In this document: positions 59,998-64,000 of the stretch, in pieces | How positions within the stretch are numbered: the stretch's first letter is position 1 | Layout: every line of letters begins with the position of its first letter | Assembly (NCBI GenBank): GCA_002421425.1 | Contig: DIJZ01000004.1 | Span: 4,563-68,562 of the forward strand | DNA length: 64,000 nucleotides | Direction of reading: 5' to 3' | Origin: a candidate division WOR-3 bacterium UBA5631 | GTDB taxonomy: Bacteria; Hydrothermota; Hydrothermia; UBA1063 | The notes under the pieces: generated by a model | Told to the model about the DNA's origin: nothing | The model's input: only the letters and a program-made list of their open reading frames with translations | The model's database searches: none | Program-made: the position numbers and the translations under genes

Positions 59998-62079
59998 ATG
60001 AGCGACTTTAGAATCAGGACCCATCCAATCATTAAAGTAACTCCTGCTGTAAAAATTAAATTCAAATTCAAGGGAAAAGAATTAGAAGCCAGAGAAGGTG
60101 AAACCATTGCCTCTGCACTGTACGCCAATGGGATCCGAATCTTTGGAAGGCACCAAAAGGACAACGCCCCCCTTGGAATCTTTTGCGCAAATGGCCAATG
60201 CGACCAATGCAAAGTCATTGCAAACGGAATAACGGTCAAGGCCTGTATGACGAAGGTCTCCGAAGGTATGGAAGTATATCCCCTTGAGGGACTTCCAGAG
60301 GTACCAGAAAGCAACGGAAATTTCGAATTTCAGGATATAAAAGAACTGCAATATCAGGTACTAATCATAGGAGGCGGTCCAGCAGGTCTAAGAGCAGCAA
60401 CTGTAATTGGAGAAAAAGGCGTTAAAACCCTGCTGGTGGACGATAAGAACCATCTGGGTGGAAAACTGGTCCTTCAAACCCATAAATTCTTTGGCTCTGT
60501 GGAAGCTTGTTATGCGGGAATGAGGGGTATTGACATAGCGAGAAAACTTGAAGAAGAGGTAAATGCATGCCCATCGGTAGATATCTGGCTCAATTCGGTG
60601 GTCATCTGGGTGTTTTCAGATGGTAAAGTGGGAATTCTAAGGGATCAGAAGGAATATATCCTTGTAAAACCTGAAATTATTCTGGTTTCTGCAGGCGCAC
60701 GAGAAAAGTCTATCCTTTTTCAGGGTAATACTCTACCTGGAGTATATGGGGCAGGCGCCTTCCAGACCCTCGTAAACCGCGATTTAGTTAGAGCAGCAGA
60801 GAAGTTGTTCGTGATAGGCGGCGGAAATGTAGGTTTGATCGCAGCTTATCACGCTCTTCAGGCTGGAATTGAGGTCGTGGGACTTTGTGAGATAATGCCG
60901 GAAGTAGGAGGATACAGTGTCCACAAAGAGAAACTGCTGAAGCTGGGAGTCCCAGTCTTTACGTCACACACTGTACTAAAGGTGGAAGGCTCAGAAAAGG
61001 TAGAATCTATAACGATTGCAGAAGTTGATAAGAATTTTATAGTGAAGGAGGGAACCGAAAAAACTTTCCAGTGCGATACAGTGCTGGTGGCAGTAGGACT
61101 TGATCCCGTAAATGAATTCTACGAGAAGGCAAAGCAATTCGGTATCAAAGTCTTCTCCGCAGGAGATTCTGAAGAAATTGCCGAAGCGTCTTCAGCAATT
61201 TTCTCTGGAAAGATAAGGGGACTTGAAATTCTCAAAGAACTTGGCCTCTATGAAGGGCAAATTCCTTCTGAACTTTATGAGACTCAAAAAGTCCTGAAAT
61301 CAAAACCTGGAAAAATTTTTGAAATGAGTTACCCAAATATTAAGCAGGGGGTATACCCGGTCCTTAATTGCGTACAGGAAATTCCCTGCAATCCCTGCAC
61401 TACAATCTGTCCAAGAGATAGCATTAAAATCGACGGAAGTATTATGAACCCTCCTGTATATACCGGCGGTTGCATTGGATGCGAGATGTGTGTAGCAATA
61501 TGTCCGGGACTCGCAATTACCCTTGTAGATTTCAGAAAAGGTGAACCTATTGTTACTATACCCTTCGAGTTCAACGACGGTATTCTCGAAACAGGACAGG
61601 AAGTAGAAGTTACTGACAGATTGGGAAGAGTTCTTGGAAATGGAACAGTAATTGGCTTCAGGTATGCAGAAAAGGTGAAGACCATTCCAGTAAAAACTAA
61701 AATGGTGAAATTAAAGGTGCCAAGAGAAATAGCAGAACAGGTAAGTGGAATAAAAATTACAACAGTGAAAGAACCGATTTCAAAAAACGCAAACGTAATC
61801 CCCGACGATGCGATAGTGTGCAGATGCGAAAGGGTCACAGCAGGAGAAATCAGAAAACTGATTCGTCAGGGTGTTAGGGATATGAACGAAATCAAAGCCA
61901 TCACAAGAGCTGGGATGGGAGCCTGTCAGGGCAAAACATGCACAAATCTTATTAAACGACTTTTCAAAGAAGAAGGGGTTAAGGAAGGAGAATTCACTGA
62001 ATGGGATAAGCGACCTCTCTTCATGGAAGTGACCCTTGGAACCCTCGCAGGAATAAAGGAGAAGAAAAATGAGAAATGA
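59998..62079 (+). CDS. multidomain Fe-S flavoprotein oxidoreductase: N-terminal [2Fe-2S] (HcnA/SoxA-N-like), FAD/NAD(P)-binding (HcnB-like), 2x[4Fe-4S] ferredoxin motif, BFD-like [2Fe-2S]
   Basis: 693 aa; Rossmann motifs IIGGGPAGL and VIGGGNVGL; CNPCTTICP and CIGCEMCVAICP; CRCERVTAGEI...GACQGKTC. Confidence 0.75.
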   Translation: MSDFRIRTHPIIKVTPAVKIKFKFKGKELEAREGETIASALYANGIRIFGRHQKDNAPLGIFCANGQCDQCKVIANGITVKACMTKVSEGMEVYPLEGLPEVPESNGNFEFQDIKELQYQVLIIGGGPAGLRAATVIGEKGVKTLLVDDKNHLGGKLVLQTHKFFGSVEACYAGMRGIDIARKLEEEVNACPSVDIWLNSVVIWVFSDGKVGILRDQKEYILVKPEIILVSAGAREKSILFQGNTLPGVYGAGAFQTLVNRDLVRAAEKLFVIGGGNVGLIAAYHALQAGIEVVGLCEIMPEVGGYSVHKEKLLKLGVPVFTSHTVLKVEGSEKVESITIAEVDKNFIVKEGTEKTFQCDTVLVAVGLDPVNEFYEKAKQFGIKVFSAGDSEEIAEASSAIFSGKIRGLEILKELGLYEGQIPSELYETQKVLKSKPGKIFEMSYPNIKQGVYPVLNCVQEIPCNPCTTICPRDSIKIDGSIMNPPVYTGGCIGCEMCVAICPGLAITLVDFRKGEPIVTIPFEFNDGILETGQEVEVTDRLGRVLGNGTVIGFRYAEKVKTIPVKTKMVKLKVPREIAEQVSGIKITTVKEPISKNANVIPDDAIVCRCERVTAGEIRKLIRQGVRDMNEIKAITRAGMGACQGKTCTNLIKRLFKEEGVKEGEFTEWDKRPLFMEVTLGTLAGIKEKKNEK

Positions 62080-63220
62080 ATATGATGTTGTTGTCATTGG
62101 AGCAGGCAGCATTGGAGTCCCTCTCTCTTACTTTCTTGGGAAGAAAGGTTTTAAGAGCCTTGTAATTGATTCAAAAGCAAGTCCTGGGCAGGGCTCAAAC
62201 AAAGCAGCAATTGGCGGAATCAGAGCCACTCACTCATCGCCTGCGAAGATCATTATCGGTCTAAAAAGCCTTGATATCTTCCGAAACTGGGAACAAGAAA
62301 CTGGCGACGACATAGAATACTACCAGGGAGGATACGCCTTCATTACATATCAGGAAGAGGACAGGAAGTCCCTAAAAGAACTCATTAAATTCCAGCAGCA
62401 ATTTGGCCTGAAAATTGATTTTTACGAGAAGGATGAAATCCTAAAAATTATCCCTGCCTTGAATTCGGAAGGGCTCCTCGGAGGCACATACTCTCCAGAA
62501 GATGGTAGCGCTTCACCGCTTCTCTCCATCGAGAGTTTCTACAAGAACGCGAGAAAATACGGAGTAGAATTCAGATTCAACGAAAAAGTGGAAAGTTTCA
62601 ACACAAAAGACGGCAAGATTGAATCCGTCAAAACAGACAGGGGAACATATTATGGAAAAATTTTCGTTAATGCTGCAGGAGGAGATGCGGCTCGTGTTGC
62701 AGACCTTGCTGGAGTGAAAATCCCGGTTATGCCTGACTCCCATGAGGGTGGTGTTACAGAGCCTGTCTCAAGATTCGTAGAACCGATGATCGTAGACATC
62801 AAACCCGAAAAGGGAAGCAAAAATTTCTATTTCTACCAGCATAAAACTGGACAAATTATTTTCTGTTTGACACCAGACCCTCCTATTTGGGGTGACGACA
62901 CCCGCGAGACTTCATCGTTTTTACCCCTTGTGGCGAGACGCATGGTAAAAGTGATGCCTAAACTTCATTACATAAGAGTCCGTAGAACCTGGAGAGGGCT
63001 TTATCCTATGACTCCTGATGGAAATCCCATCGTTGGATATAAGGGTTATTCGAACTTCTTCCAGCTTGTGGGTATGTGCGGCCAGGGCTTCATGCTTGGA
63101 CCTGGACTTGGATATTACATTTCGGAATATCTAGAAGGCAAGAAATATGAAGAAATAGAAACGATTCTTAAGGAATTCGACCCAGACCGTAAATTCGAGG
63201 CTGAGGAGCTTTTGAAGTAA
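62069..63220 (+). CDS. FAD-dependent oxidoreductase (HcnC / sarcosine-oxidase-beta / proline-dehydrogenase-beta-like)
   Basis: 383 aa; N-terminal DVVVIGAGSIGVPLSYFLGKKGFKSLVID dinucleotide fold; overlaps upstream partner by 11 nt. Confidence 0.8.
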   Translation: MRNEYDVVVIGAGSIGVPLSYFLGKKGFKSLVIDSKASPGQGSNKAAIGGIRATHSSPAKIIIGLKSLDIFRNWEQETGDDIEYYQGGYAFITYQEEDRKSLKELIKFQQQFGLKIDFYEKDEILKIIPALNSEGLLGGTYSPEDGSASPLLSIESFYKNARKYGVEFRFNEKVESFNTKDGKIESVKTDRGTYYGKIFVNAAGGDAARVADLAGVKIPVMPDSHEGGVTEPVSRFVEPMIVDIKPEKGSKNFYFYQHKTGQIIFCLTPDPPIWGDDTRETSSFLPLVARRMVKVMPKLHYIRVRRTWRGLYPMTPDGNPIVGYKGYSNFFQLVGMCGQGFMLGPGLGYYISEYLEGKKYEEIETILKEFDPDRKFEAEELLK

Positions 63221-63272
63221 ATCCTCAAATCAAAGTTTAATTGATTTAGCGACGTGTCTTTGTTCTATTCCT

Positions 63273-63300
63273 TGATTATGCAAGGTTTTGTTTTTATACT
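63273..63300 (+). promoter_or_regulatory. candidate promoter (-35 TTGATT, 16 nt, -10 TATACT)
   Basis: read directly 25 nt upstream of the PpiD-like gene; RBS AAGGGAGG. Confidence 0.35.
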
Positions 63301-63324
63301 TAACACAAAGGGAGGTTTGATTTT

Positions 63325-64000
63325 ATGTTTATGCAAAAGTTGAGATCCTCAACAAAGATTTTCCTCTGGGTGGTGGTGATTGCATTCGTAATGTGGTTGT
63401 TTTTTGAGCTTGGTGCATCATTGACTGGCTTTGGCGGAAGGCAGAAACCCTGGCAGAAAGGGGTGCTCGCCGAAATAGATAAAACAAAAATAACTTATAC
63501 AGATTTTGAAAGAATGACAAACTATGCAGTACAGGAAACCTTGAGAAATCGTCCCAATAGAAACCTCACTCCCGATGAGCTTAATAGTATAAGGGAGTAC
63601 AACTTCTATGATGTGGTAAGAAGGGTAAAATGGTCACAATTTGATGCAGATTACAGAAACTTAATCTTCTCAAATGATGTATACACTCAGGTTCTGGTAA
63701 TGAACCCGCCTCAGGAAATATTGCAGGATACTATTTTTTATACGAATGGGAAGTTTGATCAAAACAAATATGTTGAGGTCCTCAAAGATCCAAGAAATAG
63801 AGAATACGTACTCAACCAGCTGATGAAAATCCGACTGGACCTACTTCAGGAGCTTACAATACAGGATGTTGCACTTTCATTCAACATCCCCCAGAAGGAG
63901 AAGGAATCAATTTATCGGACGGAAAACACCCGTTTTAAGATTAAATACCTGGGGGTTAAAGTCTACCAGATACCAGACACTGTATTCACTGTAGAGATTA
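63325..64000 (+). CDS. PpiD/SurA-N-domain periplasmic chaperone (partial, continues past window end)
   Basis: open frame to window end; N-terminal TM anchor IFLWVVVIAFVMWLFF followed by SurA_N-like region; strong RBS AAGGGAGG. Confidence 0.6.
   Translation, partial: MFMQKLRSSTKIFLWVVVIAFVMWLFFELGASLTGFGGRQKPWQKGVLAEIDKTKITYTDFERMTNYAVQETLRNRPNRNLTPDELNSIREYNFYDVVRRVKWSQFDADYRNLIFSNDVYTQVLVMNPPQEILQDTIFYTNGKFDQNKYVEVLKDPRNREYVLNQLMKIRLDLLQELTIQDVALSFNIPQKEKESIYRTENTRFKIKYLGVKVYQIPDTVFTVEI

Overview
The window is a gene-dense bacterial chromosomal segment (roughly 40% GC, AGA/AGG-rich, thermophile-like codon usage) made up almost entirely of core and housekeeping genes. No transposase, integrase, CRISPR array or phage genes were seen. 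A C-terminal T9SS (Por) sorting domain on one large secreted protein points to the FCB superphylum or a related candidate phylum; this is inference only.

Gene content, start to end:
- A long, tightly coupled operon on the + strand: serS, class II aldolase, alaS, an alpha-oxoamine synthase (serine palmitoyltransferase/Kbl-like), wecB and murJ.
- fakA-like (Dak2-DegV), nadD, bamD and an MFS transporter.
- A tmRNA gene (ssrA, not in the ORF track) with its own promoter and a bidirectional terminator.
- A convergent tetR, tolC, MFP, RND efflux operon.
- tilS, hpt and ftsH.
- A four-gene operon of unknown function containing a transglutaminase-like protein.
- A complete V/A-type ATPase operon, G-I-K-E-C-F-A-B, that lacks subunit D; its c-subunit carries a Na+-binding signature.
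- A 1100-aa secreted carbohydrate-active-like protein with a T9SS tail, coupled by ATGA overlaps to a CDP-alcohol phosphatidyltransferase and a HAD-IB hydrolase.
- An unknown 419-aa protein and sdaA.
- marR, a membrane protein and a heterodimeric ABC exporter.
- thiD, then an oxidative-stress cluster: ogg (Ogg2), a Fur/PerR-family regulator, flavodoxin, flavin reductase and a flavodiiron protein.
- An RNase HII-like protein, an SDR epimerase, purM and sufS.
- A methyltransferase, an HcnABC/proline-dehydrogenase-like Fe-S flavoprotein pair, and the start of a PpiD-like chaperone.

Main points for follow-up:
- The tmRNA and its predicted tag peptide.
- A probable non-AUG (ATA) start for murJ.
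- An in-frame opal codon at a conserved Gly of the methyltransferase at the window edge.
- Operator palindromes at the tetR and marR promoters.
- Several gene starts that differ from the maximal ORFs.
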